From: Giardia intestinalis
Taxonomy: Eukaryota
Assembly (NCBI GenBank): GCA_000002435.2
Contig: CM018790.1
Direction: 5' to 3' (one strand)
Length of the DNA stretch: 64,000 nt
Below the pieces are notes generated by a model. That model worked only from the letters and a program-made list of their open reading frames with translations. It had not been told where the DNA came from and did not search any database. Numbering within the stretch: the first letter of the stretch is position 1; each line of letters starts with the position of its first letter. Below, one piece after another: positions 30,481 through 41,477 of the stretch. The position numbers were made by a program, and so were the translations under genes.

Positions 30481-31211
30481 TTTTAGTTTTTGGGATCTTT
30501 TCTGTACCCCAACCGGACCTCAGTTGGCCAGCGGATGCTTGCGCACGATGATCCGATAAGTAAGTTAGTGTGGGAATGGGCCACTAAGGTAGACGTTGTA
30601 GTTTGCTCTTCAACAAAACGCTTTTTGGGTCCTGCTTTTTAAATAAGGTGATTACCCTCTACTGCGAGGTTCGTAAGAGCGCAGGTAACTCTTTAGCAAA
30701 CCTGGGAAATTGAAAATTTGATTTAAATTCCCCACTTTAGGCGTGATTCTAGTCTTTGCAAAGCTCAACGTATGCAGCACAATGTGATCACTAGTTTTCC
30801 ATCTTTGCCAATTACAATCCAGTAGATTCGAATATCCTGGCCGAGATATGTGAAGGTTTGTTGCATTAGCACTTCCAACTAAGAAAAAAGAGATTTTGTA
30901 GTGGAGGAAATCGACGAGCAGGGCCTTAGTGTACATCTGCAATTAACACTCTAACACGTCCACGGAGTTCTGGACCATGAAAGCTCACTTCAGCGTTGCA
31001 GACTCCAGCGTGCGAATGTAGGGGGCATACCTCTAGGCATGAAGTGTATGGGAAGGGTTATCAAAAGATTTTGTCGCTATAGCAGCAGGTATTTCTTACA
31101 AAGGGGGTGAGTAGTGTGTAGTGGCCACTGTGGAAGCGCTGGATTGTTATGGTGACGCCAGCTAATAATTTTACTCCCAGTCCCCTGCAGCTTTATATTA
31201 ACTAAAAAAAT

Positions 31212-31979
31212 ATGAGCTACGATTCCGATGTTGCAACGTTCAGCCCCACAGGAAAGCTAAATCAGATTACCTACGCAATGGAGGCGCCAAGCTTTGGGTC
31301 GCCCTCCGTGGGTCTTGCCTCGAAGGACGCTGTTGTGCTGGTGGCTGTCCGACGTCAGACAACGCCTCTCAGCTCCTTCCAGGATAAGCTTTTCGAAGTT
31401 GACAAGCACATAGGCATCTGCATCAGTGGGATATACGCTGATGCCTACAAGATGCTTCGTTTACTGCGCGATGAGTGCACCGAATACACCTATGTATACG
31501 ATACACCTCACCCCGTTGGCCCCCTGGTCGCTAAACTTGCCGAGGATGCACAGGCGCGCACGCAGTTCTGGGGCTACAGGCCTTACGGCGCATCTCTCCT
31601 TATTGGAGGAATCGATACTCGCAACAATAAGCAAACACCTCGTCTCTACGTGCTTTCTCCCAATGCTGTATTCAAGGAGTATAGGGCAGTATCACTCGGA
31701 ATGGGCTCCCAGACAATCAATACTCATCTGAAAAGCCATGTAGATGAGTATGAGAACGCATCCGTTGAGCGTCTTATAGCATTGGCTCTTGATTCTCTTG
31801 GAACGGGCGTCAAAGATTGCAGGCCTTCAGAAAAGAATCTCAGCATTGGCGTGCTGGACAGAACCACGGGCGGCGTCCTGCGCATATTGACGAAGGAGGA
31901 GATTCTGCCGCATATACAGAGATTCGAATTAGACAATCCTCTGCAAGATATTGACCAAGATTCTGATAACTTGGACTGA
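31212..31979 (+). CDS. 20S proteasome alpha-type subunit
   Basis: The N-terminal alpha-subunit signature YDSDVATFSPTGKLNQITYAMEA matches the Y(D)xxxxxFSPxGrLxQvEYAxEA motif. Ntn-hydrolase fold, 255 aa. ATG is preceded by actaaaaaaat. Confidence 0.9.
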   Translation: MSYDSDVATFSPTGKLNQITYAMEAPSFGSPSVGLASKDAVVLVAVRRQTTPLSSFQDKLFEVDKHIGICISGIYADAYKMLRLLRDECTEYTYVYDTPHPVGPLVAKLAEDAQARTQFWGYRPYGASLLIGGIDTRNNKQTPRLYVLSPNAVFKEYRAVSLGMGSQTINTHLKSHVDEYENASVERLIALALDSLGTGVKDCRPSEKNLSIGVLDRTTGGVLRILTKEEILPHIQRFELDNPLQDIDQDSDNLD

Positions 31980-32035
31980 CGTTGTGGGTAAACCTTGCTA
32001 GGACTCGTTGGGAAGAAGCTTACATCTCATCTGTG

Positions 32036-35000
32036 TCAAATGATGATCTCGTGCTCCTGCTCTACTAGGTCATTCAGCTTCCATAGGTTGCCTCGCACTC
32101 TGCTGCATTCTGTAAACGCGACATGGTAGTCTAAGCATATGCTTAGTGCACGTAATCCATCAATGTCCAGGTAGCAGTACTTCACGAGAATCGAATGGTT
32201 ACGGTGCATTATCCGCAAGAGAAGCTCATCCTGGTTTGTTTCATATGCTAGACGGAACTCCCGATTGGCCATTTTGCGCAGCAACCTGAGAGGATTGCCT
32301 CCATAAATCTCGTTGGCTAGAATACGGTCAAACTTTTCCTCAGGCATCGCCACAAAGACGTAAGCCAAGAACGTCGACGAGAGGAAACCCATGTAGCGAA
32401 GAGCACGGAGTCGCTCTGCAAACGTCAATTCTACATCAACCTCTCTAATGTGCTCCACTGCACGTTGAAAGTACCTGCAATAGTCGATAAACTTGTATCT
32501 AAATGCCTGTATCTTGCTGGGGACAAATCCCAGGGGCACGATGCGCGTGTCTGCATGCTTCTCCATTCTATGCTCGTCCAGAAATGTGAGAAGTGTCGAC
32601 AGGATGTCTTTGCTGATGCCGAAAAATCGCTCATAGCCGTGCATAATGAACAGCAACGAGAAGAGCTGTATGCCCGGCGTGTACCGCTCGGAGAAAAGAT
32701 GAGAAATGGGGCCGCTTGGCCGAGCAGCATCTGCCCCTGTGACACGAAGGAGCAGCAAGGGGAGCAGAGGAAGGGTCGCATCGGTTATGCTCTGCGGCGT
32801 CACTCCCGCTTCTACCAACTGCTTAACGGTGACTATGGCCCTTTCTGGCGCCAGATGTAGAGACCCAGGAGCCATGCGAAGAGCGAGATAAGTCAGGTTC
32901 CTGTACGGGGCCGGCACGACAGTGCGCTGAATGTATCCATAAAGCCTGTTGGGCAACTTCTTCGAGAGGTTGGCTGTCTGGTATTGTAGATCATTATACT
33001 CTTTTTCAAAGTTAGTGTTTGGCTTGTAATCCACCTTTTCAGGCCTGACAAGCCGCTCCGGCTCTTCAAAGTTGAACATAGTTAGCTCTGCAAATGAGAC
33101 ATTCGCGTCAGATTTGGAGGGGGCGAAGGAATGAAGCTCGGCTTCATGTCCTTTGAAAATCACGGCCTCGTACGTGGCACATGGCTCCAATAACAGTTCT
33201 AGGAAGATGTCGCCAAACAGCACCGGGCAGATCTCTGCCTTGTCTATGGCGTAGCGGTTAATAGCATCAGTTACGTCACCTATATAATCCATTGCTTCCT
33301 TCTTTGTCTCACTCGTCCCTACTTTTGCGAGAATTTTGGTGCTAACCTTGGCGCAATCAATGGAGTTTAGCGTACAGAACAAAATGGGGTCTGAGACAGC
33401 CTTGTCCAGTGCAGCATGCAAAAATGGGTAGATTGAGCTGATAAGGCATAGAATATCTGGATTATCTGCTGCAGGCTCAAGTGTCTGTAATTGAGTGGCT
33501 ATTGCAGACGATATGTGGCCGCCAGAGAAGAGGCTGCTCGGAGAGTACCCATAGATATCACTGAGAGAAAAACCAGCTCTACAGAGATATGAAAAGAGTA
33601 GGATGGTATAGACATTTTGATGCGAATCCATGGTACCGTTGTGTAGAAACAACAACACATGAATGTAAGGGATGAATATGAGATGATCTAGAGAGCCTTC
33701 CGAGCCCAACAGAGCTGATGAATTGATAAGTATTGGATAACCGGCCACATTGATCACATCTTGAAGAGGAGCAGATCCATTGGACAGGGTCTGTGCAGTA
33801 ATATTTGTTACAAGGGTCAGTGCAGTGGAAAGAAAGTTTCTCGTATGCTGAACAAGCGGATGGGGCACGAGGTTCAGAACTGTCTCAACAAAGCATTGAT
33901 ACTCCGACAGGTTAATCGACCGTACTGTAGAGATCGAGTCTTCGCTTGGTATAGAAATATCTTTCCATGAATAAAGACTGTGAATGTGCGCATTGAGCTC
34001 ACCTGTAAACAAAAGTAAAGGCCTCACTGAGACTGGGGAACGAGACATCACCCTGCCGAGATATGTATTTATGTACTCCAACTGCAGGGGTATACTTGCA
34101 CCAATCCTGTCCATGTTCTGGCTGGGAATCATCCTCTGGACGGTGTCTGTGCTGACCTTGGAACTCAAGAGTTGAGAGGAGGAGAGGTCCATAGTTCGCA
34201 TAAGATCTATGCACCTATTCAAAAGCTTGGACTGGCACACTTGGTACTTTCCCAGAAAGATGCAGTTCTTGACGGTCGAATCTGTGTTGTTAGCTGCGGC
34301 CAATCCGTAGGTATTAAGAAGAATAAACGATAAAAGAACAGAAACCAGGTCTTCGATGACACTGGCTTTAGAGTCGTCGGCAAGTGCTGGTGCATTATCT
34401 GGCAGATTGGCCGTCAAAAAGTTTATGCAGAACAGAAGGACCTCTGTGAGAAGAGCGTCTTCCCAATAAAGCATATTTCTGATAGTAATGAAGAAATTGG
34501 ACAATCGCTTGTGTATTGGGCTGTCTTTCTTAATATGTGTGCGGCGTGTTATAAGCTGCCCATCGATGGCAATGGCATTTGAGGTTGCTATTGATGGCCC
34601 ACTGCCAGGAGAATTATTGATGAAATTGTCCATTGGGAAGGCCACAACTATGGAGGAGATAGAGAACTCGCCTGGTTGCGTGGGCAGCATCAAAAGATGT
34701 AGAAATGAAGTTGCGGCATGGATTGAGTCCACAGCTATTTGCCTTTGGAGAGCAAGGAGCACAAGAGCGAAGAGAATGGAGCATCCCCCCAAGGCATCAA
34801 CCAATGACTTCAAAGATTGGTGTAGTGCATCGCACAACCTTTCCTTTTCACCTGAGAAGGAAACGTACTCTGAAGCAAGCAATACTTTGGCAGCATCTTC
34901 ACATAGCGCCCTCGTATCGAGCTGAGCAGCTAATTCTTCTAGCTTTTGCTGACTAAATTTGTGCATCGAAGGGTGAAGTAAGACACTAGATTCTGCTAGT

Positions 35001-37645
35001 AGGTCGCAGACCATTTGCGCAAGATCCTGACTGAAGCGACAGCGCTCCCCGATCATCAAGGACATAGACCCCGAAAGAAGTACGGTAAGGGGCGACGGTT
35101 GATCTTCAGAAAGATCGATCTGCAGGAGATCTTGGAAGCGTCTAGTCAAGATGCCAAGATGGCAATTATCAAACCGCCTATAGAGCTTCCGCTGAGCGAT
35201 AAGGTCTGCCCTCAATATGCTGAGGTCGACGTAACCGTCAGTGGTCGCCATATCCTTCGGTATCCACTTTCCATCATTGAGGCTATAGAGACTTAGAGGT
35301 CCAAAAGTGCAGTTGTAAAGAAGCGCCATGTTACTGAAGCACGTGTAGAGATATAGGCCGATGACGCCCAGCCGTTCTGCAACCTCATCCGCATCCTTTC
35401 CCGCATCAAGGCACACCTTCTCGGTATAAGTAATAATCCTCTCCACTTGCCCCCGAATGCTCGAAATGGAAGGCAGCAGACGACGAACAGCGGAGAAGAG
35501 GGCCTGGTCCGGCCGGTGAAGCATGCATCTCTTTATCACAGCCGTATACGTCTCTAGAATTAATCCAAGGGAGAGAAACTGCATTGCTAGAGGTGAGTCG
35601 CATAACCCGTGGAACAACAAATCGAAGGAACTAGGAAAGTATTTTATCAGAAGCTTGGGGACATGCTCCCCTGGCACCGAAAGGCTTATGTACTTGCCAA
35701 AAGAATCATACTTGGTGCGTTCAGAGCCAGCAGAGAGAATCTTTTTGATCTTATCGAGTCCCTGGAGCATAAACGTGTAAAACCCGTCCGCAGCTGAATA
35801 CATCCGTGTTGGCCGCGTGGCAAAGAAGGTATACGAGAAGCTGAAGAAGCCACCACCCGTGCTAACGGCCAGGATGTGCTCTGGATAACGGTCGCTAGGA
35901 GACTGAAGCAATATCCGGTCGTTATCTGGCCGTAGAACAGCGGGGACAAGGACTTGAAGATCTTCAGAGAGCTTCCTCTGATACTCTGCTACCTCCTGCA
36001 TCTGCATCTGCGACGTGTTCAAGATATCCACTTCCTTGTGAACATTCGAGTTGTTGTCTATTCGTGCGTGTCTGAGGCAAAGGGAAAGATCAAACTTAGA
36101 ATTCTGTGGGAAGAAGTGGTTGCTGTGGACGCCACCGCCCGATAAGTCAAGCGTATTGCTAACTGAGTTGGAGTCTAAAGGGTCCCTTAGCGACGCTATA
36201 AGTATACGCAGAAGTTGAAGGTACGTACTAATCGTGGTGAAATCTTCAGAGCCAACAATGTCTCTGCTATTTTTAGCAAAGAATGGCAGCTTTGCGACAT
36301 GCTTGATGGAACTGGGATTGGTTTGTGAAATGAATTGAAATAGTTTGACGAGATGAGTCGCCTTAGCAAAATCGGTTGATGAGAAAATAGAGTTCAGTAT
36401 AGAGCACAGCATTTCGAGTATCTTAATCGCAGAAGATCGCGAGGTCCGATGAATCCAAGAGGAGAGCTCCACAGACGGACCCTCCGAGCTATATGTGCCT
36501 GAGCCGTCATCAAATGAGTATCCATTAACGACCAGCGCATCATACATAGTGGCTTTCCGAGGCTCTAAAATGAACTGCTCATTGGTGCCGCCACGAGTTT
36601 CGATTTGCAACTGTCGCTCTGTAGGTGACGCGTTAGCGATTATTGGTCGAACAAAATCAAAATACGTTTGGATGGCTCTGGCCATTAGAGGTGATTTGCA
36701 ATAAAACGAGTCAGTTCCCAACTTGAGTACCGATACGAGCTGTTGAACTGGAAGAGGCCCCAACTCCAGAACAACTCCCTTGTCCGCATTAGCTCCCTGA
36801 AGCATACTGTAGTAATCTAACACACTGATGAGCTTGACGCGCTTCATAATGGCCAGAAGCGCGTAGGCGAGTTCATTTTGCGCTTCAGTTGGCATGCAGT
36901 GGAGGGATTTCTGAACGAGCAAGACAACCGTTTTCAAGTTGTATACAGATATGACGCGTTGGATGAAGAGAGGATTACAATAGGAGAAGAGATTGCCAAT
37001 GAACGAAATCACTCTAAACTTGGGGCCCTTAAATATATCGTCCCTGGAATAAACGCGGACAACGTCATCCTTATGTCCTCTCAGGACCACGTGATCGGCA
37101 CTCTTGAACTGATTTAAGTTCCCAATGGAGACGCGGGTATACACAGGAGACGGACAGTCGGCCAGGCGTGGGAGAAGCATGCTGCCCGGTGGAACCAAGG
37201 ACACAAGCGCGTGAATACTCATGGACGGATATAGCTTGAACAGCTTGGTAATCATCTGAACAACAAGAGTGATGGGAGGAAAAATAACCTTGTAAGCCTC
37301 CATCTCTTTTTCTATTGGCTTCCAAAGAGGCCCTACCCACTGCATCTTTTCAATTTTGGCGATTATCAGCTTTGTCTGTGCAAAGTGCCTAATAGAGTCC
37401 AAAACCGCGTTACATAGTTCTAGCTGAGCAATCAGATGGGTGTAATCATCCAGCTCGAGCGTTTCGGGGAATGCGTAATCCAGCGCATCAGAGTTTCCCA
37501 ATAGAGCATCAACAAGAGACCAATCACTGGGGGGAGCCTTTTGCTCCTGTAAAAGCGCATCTCTGAACGCGTGCAGAGCTGAGATACGCCCGTGTGTTCC
37601 TGCAGACCACGTCGCGTGCTCTGAGAAGAACGCGACGCTTTGCAT
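32036..37645 (-). CDS. Giant hypothetical protein (1869 aa), no recognisable domain
   Basis: Continuous 5.6 kb ORF with ATG at complement(37643..37645). Confidence 0.7.
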   Translation of the reverse strand: MQSVAFFSEHATWSAGTHGRISALHAFRDALLQEQKAPPSDWSLVDALLGNSDALDYAFPETLELDDYTHLIAQLELCNAVLDSIRHFAQTKLIIAKIEKMQWVGPLWKPIEKEMEAYKVIFPPITLVVQMITKLFKLYPSMSIHALVSLVPPGSMLLPRLADCPSPVYTRVSIGNLNQFKSADHVVLRGHKDDVVRVYSRDDIFKGPKFRVISFIGNLFSYCNPLFIQRVISVYNLKTVVLLVQKSLHCMPTEAQNELAYALLAIMKRVKLISVLDYYSMLQGANADKGVVLELGPLPVQQLVSVLKLGTDSFYCKSPLMARAIQTYFDFVRPIIANASPTERQLQIETRGGTNEQFILEPRKATMYDALVVNGYSFDDGSGTYSSEGPSVELSSWIHRTSRSSAIKILEMLCSILNSIFSSTDFAKATHLVKLFQFISQTNPSSIKHVAKLPFFAKNSRDIVGSEDFTTISTYLQLLRILIASLRDPLDSNSVSNTLDLSGGGVHSNHFFPQNSKFDLSLCLRHARIDNNSNVHKEVDILNTSQMQMQEVAEYQRKLSEDLQVLVPAVLRPDNDRILLQSPSDRYPEHILAVSTGGGFFSFSYTFFATRPTRMYSAADGFYTFMLQGLDKIKKILSAGSERTKYDSFGKYISLSVPGEHVPKLLIKYFPSSFDLLFHGLCDSPLAMQFLSLGLILETYTAVIKRCMLHRPDQALFSAVRRLLPSISSIRGQVERIITYTEKVCLDAGKDADEVAERLGVIGLYLYTCFSNMALLYNCTFGPLSLYSLNDGKWIPKDMATTDGYVDLSILRADLIAQRKLYRRFDNCHLGILTRRFQDLLQIDLSEDQPSPLTVLLSGSMSLMIGERCRFSQDLAQMVCDLLAESSVLLHPSMHKFSQQKLEELAAQLDTRALCEDAAKVLLASEYVSFSGEKERLCDALHQSLKSLVDALGGCSILFALVLLALQRQIAVDSIHAATSFLHLLMLPTQPGEFSISSIVVAFPMDNFINNSPGSGPSIATSNAIAIDGQLITRRTHIKKDSPIHKRLSNFFITIRNMLYWEDALLTEVLLFCINFLTANLPDNAPALADDSKASVIEDLVSVLLSFILLNTYGLAAANNTDSTVKNCIFLGKYQVCQSKLLNRCIDLMRTMDLSSSQLLSSKVSTDTVQRMIPSQNMDRIGASIPLQLEYINTYLGRVMSRSPVSVRPLLLFTGELNAHIHSLYSWKDISIPSEDSISTVRSINLSEYQCFVETVLNLVPHPLVQHTRNFLSTALTLVTNITAQTLSNGSAPLQDVINVAGYPILINSSALLGSEGSLDHLIFIPYIHVLLFLHNGTMDSHQNVYTILLFSYLCRAGFSLSDIYGYSPSSLFSGGHISSAIATQLQTLEPAADNPDILCLISSIYPFLHAALDKAVSDPILFCTLNSIDCAKVSTKILAKVGTSETKKEAMDYIGDVTDAINRYAIDKAEICPVLFGDIFLELLLEPCATYEAVIFKGHEAELHSFAPSKSDANVSFAELTMFNFEEPERLVRPEKVDYKPNTNFEKEYNDLQYQTANLSKKLPNRLYGYIQRTVVPAPYRNLTYLALRMAPGSLHLAPERAIVTVKQLVEAGVTPQSITDATLPLLPLLLLRVTGADAARPSGPISHLFSERYTPGIQLFSLLFIMHGYERFFGISKDILSTLLTFLDEHRMEKHADTRIVPLGFVPSKIQAFRYKFIDYCRYFQRAVEHIREVDVELTFAERLRALRYMGFLSSTFLAYVFVAMPEEKFDRILANEIYGGNPLRLLRKMANREFRLAYETNQDELLLRIMHRNHSILVKYCYLDIDGLRALSICLDYHVAFTECSRVRGNLWKLNDLVEQEHEIII

Positions 37646-37687
37646 TTATTAGTAGATTAAACGAAAAAAGGAAGAGACCAGCCAGAA

Positions 37688-39415
37688 ATGGCTCAAAGGT
37701 ACATCGAGGCATGCGAAAAGCTCGGGATACGCCCGCGAGAGTTAATCGTAAGCTTCCTGAAAAACTCCTCTACCCGATTGAATCTCTATGGGGCTCAGAA
37801 AGAACTTTATATGAATAGGCTTGTAGACAAAGATGTAGAGGCGTTGCAGCTAGGACTCGCGGATGCGCGTCTGTCAGAATTCGTTATAGATCTCAGCTGC
37901 AATGATTTGACAGATATTTCTCTTGTGTATTTGGGCTCCATTGTTTCCACCTGTCCTCTGATAGGCTTGTCCATCAGAGGAAACAAGTTCACGAGAAAAG
38001 GTGCCATTGAGCAACTAGCCTCTGAATCATTCCTGATGGCTACCACGTGTCAATTGCAGTATCTAGATTTGTCTGAAAACAGTTTCGAAAGCAGTGGAAC
38101 AGCCGCCATCATGCGAGCCATCCTCAATTCAGAGCCTCTGCATTACGGGGTGTACACCGAAACACCCTATATGGCTCCCAAAATCACACGTGTTCGTGCC
38201 TACGGGTATCTGCAGTATTTGGACTTATCTAGCACTGGATTTGGAGAGCAGGCAAATCTCTATCTTTGCGATTATATGCGTTCACGATTTTGTGGCTTAC
38301 GAGAACTGAAGCTGTCTGCCTGTCAATACTCTGCTGTAGCTAACTATAGCACCGACACAGATGAAGACTATAGTGGCTTCTTCAGGTTCGCTGATGCACT
38401 CAAAAGAAATACAAGCCTTGAGGCGCTGAGTCTACGCTCTAACAAGTGCCTCGACAATGAAGCAGCTGTGCGCATCATCCGGGCATTGGTGGCAGAAGTC
38501 CCGGAGCTGGATAAAAAGCAGGATAATGTTGACAACCCAGGATGCTTGCGCCGCATAGAAGAGTACAGGCATTTCTATAGACTAGGAACAGGACTAACGG
38601 AGCAGAACCTGGTTGCAGGTCCTAGAAATACGGAGTCGTGCTTGCCGGCAGCTCTTCCATCGAAGGCAGAGTATGACAAGCGAATATCAGAACTGGAAGC
38701 TCGAGCGAATGGAGGCAATGTAGCACAGGTGAAATTAGCAGATATGTCCATATATTGTCAGGAAGATAAAACGAGTCCAGTTAAGGTTGCGGTGACTCCT
38801 CTTCGCTATATAGATTTATCATGCAACAATCTGTGCTTTGATGTAGCAAATGCTATTGCAGACCATTTGCGTAGTCCAGATTCAGTCCTGTCTGTCCTGG
38901 TTCTAGATGGGGTTTCTCTAAGAAACAGGGGGATCAATGCCCTTGCCAAAGCACTGATTGCATACGCTCCTAGCGCGATTATTCTTGACGAGCTAGCTCA
39001 TAAGCATGTTGATGAGCAAGGCATTCCTGTCTTCAATTCCGAGATAGAATTCTTCGGTTGTCTTGGAAAGACCTCTGCCGGAATCTGTCTGAGCCTACGC
39101 AGATCTTCAATAAGGGGACAGGGACTGGCAACCCTTGCCCTCCTGTGCCGCCACAACCAACTGATCGACTACGTTGCTATTGAGGGGTGTACCCTGGCAC
39201 CAGAGGAGGGAGAAGCTGGCACGGTTAATGAGGGTAAGCGGTGGGCTCCAGACATCGAGTGGGAGGCGACGTTCATAGCACGCAACGAAGCCATGAGGCC
39301 CATACGGTGTGACTTTGGATTAAGGCGTAACAGTGATGGGGTTCTTCAGTTTTATAAGGAGGATGCATTGATTCTGTGCGGAATTTATGCTTTCCAGCCT
39401 AGGTACTTGTCCTGA
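37688..39415 (+). CDS. Leucine-rich repeat protein (ribonuclease-inhibitor-like LRR)
   Basis: Repeated LxxLxLSxNxL-type units, e.g. LQYLDLSENSFESSGTAAI, LQYLDLSSTGFGEQ and LEALSLRSNKCLDNEAAVRII. ATG at 37688. Confidence 0.7.
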   Translation: MAQRYIEACEKLGIRPRELIVSFLKNSSTRLNLYGAQKELYMNRLVDKDVEALQLGLADARLSEFVIDLSCNDLTDISLVYLGSIVSTCPLIGLSIRGNKFTRKGAIEQLASESFLMATTCQLQYLDLSENSFESSGTAAIMRAILNSEPLHYGVYTETPYMAPKITRVRAYGYLQYLDLSSTGFGEQANLYLCDYMRSRFCGLRELKLSACQYSAVANYSTDTDEDYSGFFRFADALKRNTSLEALSLRSNKCLDNEAAVRIIRALVAEVPELDKKQDNVDNPGCLRRIEEYRHFYRLGTGLTEQNLVAGPRNTESCLPAALPSKAEYDKRISELEARANGGNVAQVKLADMSIYCQEDKTSPVKVAVTPLRYIDLSCNNLCFDVANAIADHLRSPDSVLSVLVLDGVSLRNRGINALAKALIAYAPSAIILDELAHKHVDEQGIPVFNSEIEFFGCLGKTSAGICLSLRRSSIRGQGLATLALLCRHNQLIDYVAIEGCTLAPEEGEAGTVNEGKRWAPDIEWEATFIARNEAMRPIRCDFGLRRNSDGVLQFYKEDALILCGIYAFQPRYLS

Positions 39416-39688
39416 TTCGCTAGCTGAATGATGGTGAACATTTGCGTGTGCCACATCACTGACCACCAGCTGTCACCGATAATTTGATATAAGTCTTATG
39501 TCTATGAAAGAAGTGAATGTCGATTGAGTTTTGATTTCAAGGGACACCTTTGCGAAAATTCTACTCTCCAGAGAGTATGTCTTCCACAACAAAAGGGATA
39601 AATAGTAAAGTAAAGCTATGTTATCCACGCACATCAGATTGCAATTAATCTCAAAGTTCAAAAACTTCGGACGATCCGTTTTGGATCC

Positions 39689-40654
39689 ATGGGAGAAGAC
39701 GACGGCACCCCCTCGTGTAGCATTTTTCAGCTAATTGTTACTACTGGAGTGAACGGCTGCATGCTTCTCAGCTCCATTGTACTTCTGGGAATATTTCTTC
39801 GGTCTTGTAGGCACTACGATCACAAAGAGGGTAAGCGGTACATTCTTGCCCATACAGTTCTTGTCTTTCTCTATCTGATTCGCATTGTGTGGGCGATAAT
39901 AGGGCTAACTCTTGTAGCCTATCCATCTAGTGATGCATTGAAAGGGGTATCTAAGTTTTTGAATCGCGTTGCATGTCTCCTTTTTTACCTATCCCTCAGC
40001 TACTATGCCAGAAACTGGCTTTATGTGCTGCTTTACTTGAAGTGGCGACGGGCAGCAAGTTTATGCAGAATAGCGTTCATACTGATTGACTCTTTCTTGA
40101 GCTTGTTTGTGCTCATTGCAGCCATAATAAAGCTACTTCCCGTTGAGAAGGACTCATACCCCAACCTCTTAGCGTATAGCACCCAGATTATTGGGTATTC
40201 GTCGCTGGCCATTGTTTTGTTCTACACAATCATTGGCACCATCGTACTGTGTCTCTGGCGCGAACATATTGTTGGAAGAACAGTCGTTAAGCAGTTCTAT
40301 ATTGTAGCTATCATATTTATCCTAAGCTCTGTTTTGCGTATGGTGCTTTTCAATTGGCACCAATGGTTTGATGCTTATGTTCCTTGTGACGTTTTCAATA
40401 TCGCTTGCATCGCACTACCTGACTGCTGTGTTGGAGGATGCCTCATGAAAGTGTACTATGTCTCACTATGCACTAACCTTGATCCAATGACCAGCGAGTC
40501 ATCACAAACCAGGTCTTCTGCACTGAGATTTAAGAAGGTTTATTCTGCCAACTCTATTGAGCCTATTCAGCGTTTAGATTCTTCCACACCGAGAGACACT
40601 ACTCACAATCAGTTCAGTGAAGACTATTATTCTTATCATTCCCTGCTTAACTGA
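39689..40654 (+). CDS. Predicted 7-TM-like polytopic membrane protein, hypothetical
   Basis: About seven hydrophobic helices in the first 250 aa and a hydrophilic S/T-rich C-terminal tail. ATG at 39689. Confidence 0.65.
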   Translation: MGEDDGTPSCSIFQLIVTTGVNGCMLLSSIVLLGIFLRSCRHYDHKEGKRYILAHTVLVFLYLIRIVWAIIGLTLVAYPSSDALKGVSKFLNRVACLLFYLSLSYYARNWLYVLLYLKWRRAASLCRIAFILIDSFLSLFVLIAAIIKLLPVEKDSYPNLLAYSTQIIGYSSLAIVLFYTIIGTIVLCLWREHIVGRTVVKQFYIVAIIFILSSVLRMVLFNWHQWFDAYVPCDVFNIACIALPDCCVGGCLMKVYYVSLCTNLDPMTSESSQTRSSALRFKKVYSANSIEPIQRLDSSTPRDTTHNQFSEDYYSYHSLLN

Positions 40655-40685
40655 TTCCCTGCGCGGTTGCGGATTTTAGAAAATT

Positions 40686-41477
40686 ATGATTAAGCGTGAC
40701 TCTGTTTCTAGACTGCTCTATATCTGTAATCTATCCTTCAGTTGTTGTCTCTTGGTAGTAGTTTGTGCTCTCTACGTTATGGAGTACTTTACTGGTAGGG
40801 AATCATCCACCTTTACTCTGTCTTATTATGCGCTATTTTTAATATTAGCTTTCATCGTTGGCGGAACGCTCTTCATGGGAATAATCCAACTAAGAAAAAC
40901 AGTATTGAACTGGTTTGTTTGCAGATATATATCATGTGGCCTTAACATATATGGGCTACTTGTGCATGCCATCTATCTAATCTTTGTAATTTGGTTCGTT
41001 CCTTTGGCTAGATTATTAGCAAGCGGGCTCTGCGTCTTTATAGAAACGTTACACACCATTCTGCTATTTAACTATGCTAGCAGCATACACTATACTGCAG
41101 CTTATGCTACACGACTTGCTCTTGTGGGTTGCCTGTTCATTGACCAGATGGTCCAGTTCATTGAGCTGTCAACTAACATATCTGGAAACGAAACCAATCA
41201 TAAATATATGCTTATAGAGGCATCTATCTTATATACCGTGATCGTTATAGGCTCATCTGCTGCCTTAAGGTCTCTTTCTATGTCATTTGTTAGCTCCATA
41301 GTGCTGCTCTCTTGGACACTTTCTTCATCAGTCGAAGGGACTCTTCACTTGGTCTTGATAATTGAGTCTATTATCTCTATAATATCGCTAGGAGCTATTA
41401 GCGCATATCATGGTCTCCAGTTTCGGAGACGAAAAAGAGCTATTCATTTAGAAGAGCCCAGCTATGCTACAGATTAG
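40686..41477 (+). CDS. Predicted polytopic (about 7-TM) membrane protein, hypothetical; tandem to 39689..40654
   Basis: About seven hydrophobic segments in 263 aa. It starts 31 nt after the preceding membrane-protein gene on the same strand. Confidence 0.6.
   Translation: MIKRDSVSRLLYICNLSFSCCLLVVVCALYVMEYFTGRESSTFTLSYYALFLILAFIVGGTLFMGIIQLRKTVLNWFVCRYISCGLNIYGLLVHAIYLIFVIWFVPLARLLASGLCVFIETLHTILLFNYASSIHYTAAYATRLALVGCLFIDQMVQFIELSTNISGNETNHKYMLIEASILYTVIVIGSSAALRSLSMSFVSSIVLLSWTLSSSVEGTLHLVLIIESIISIISLGAISAYHGLQFRRRKRAIHLEEPSYATD

Noticed and set aside
30825-30833. tRNA-like T-loop string gattcgaat
   Set aside because: Flanking bases cannot form a T-stem or an acceptor stem, so there is no cloverleaf.
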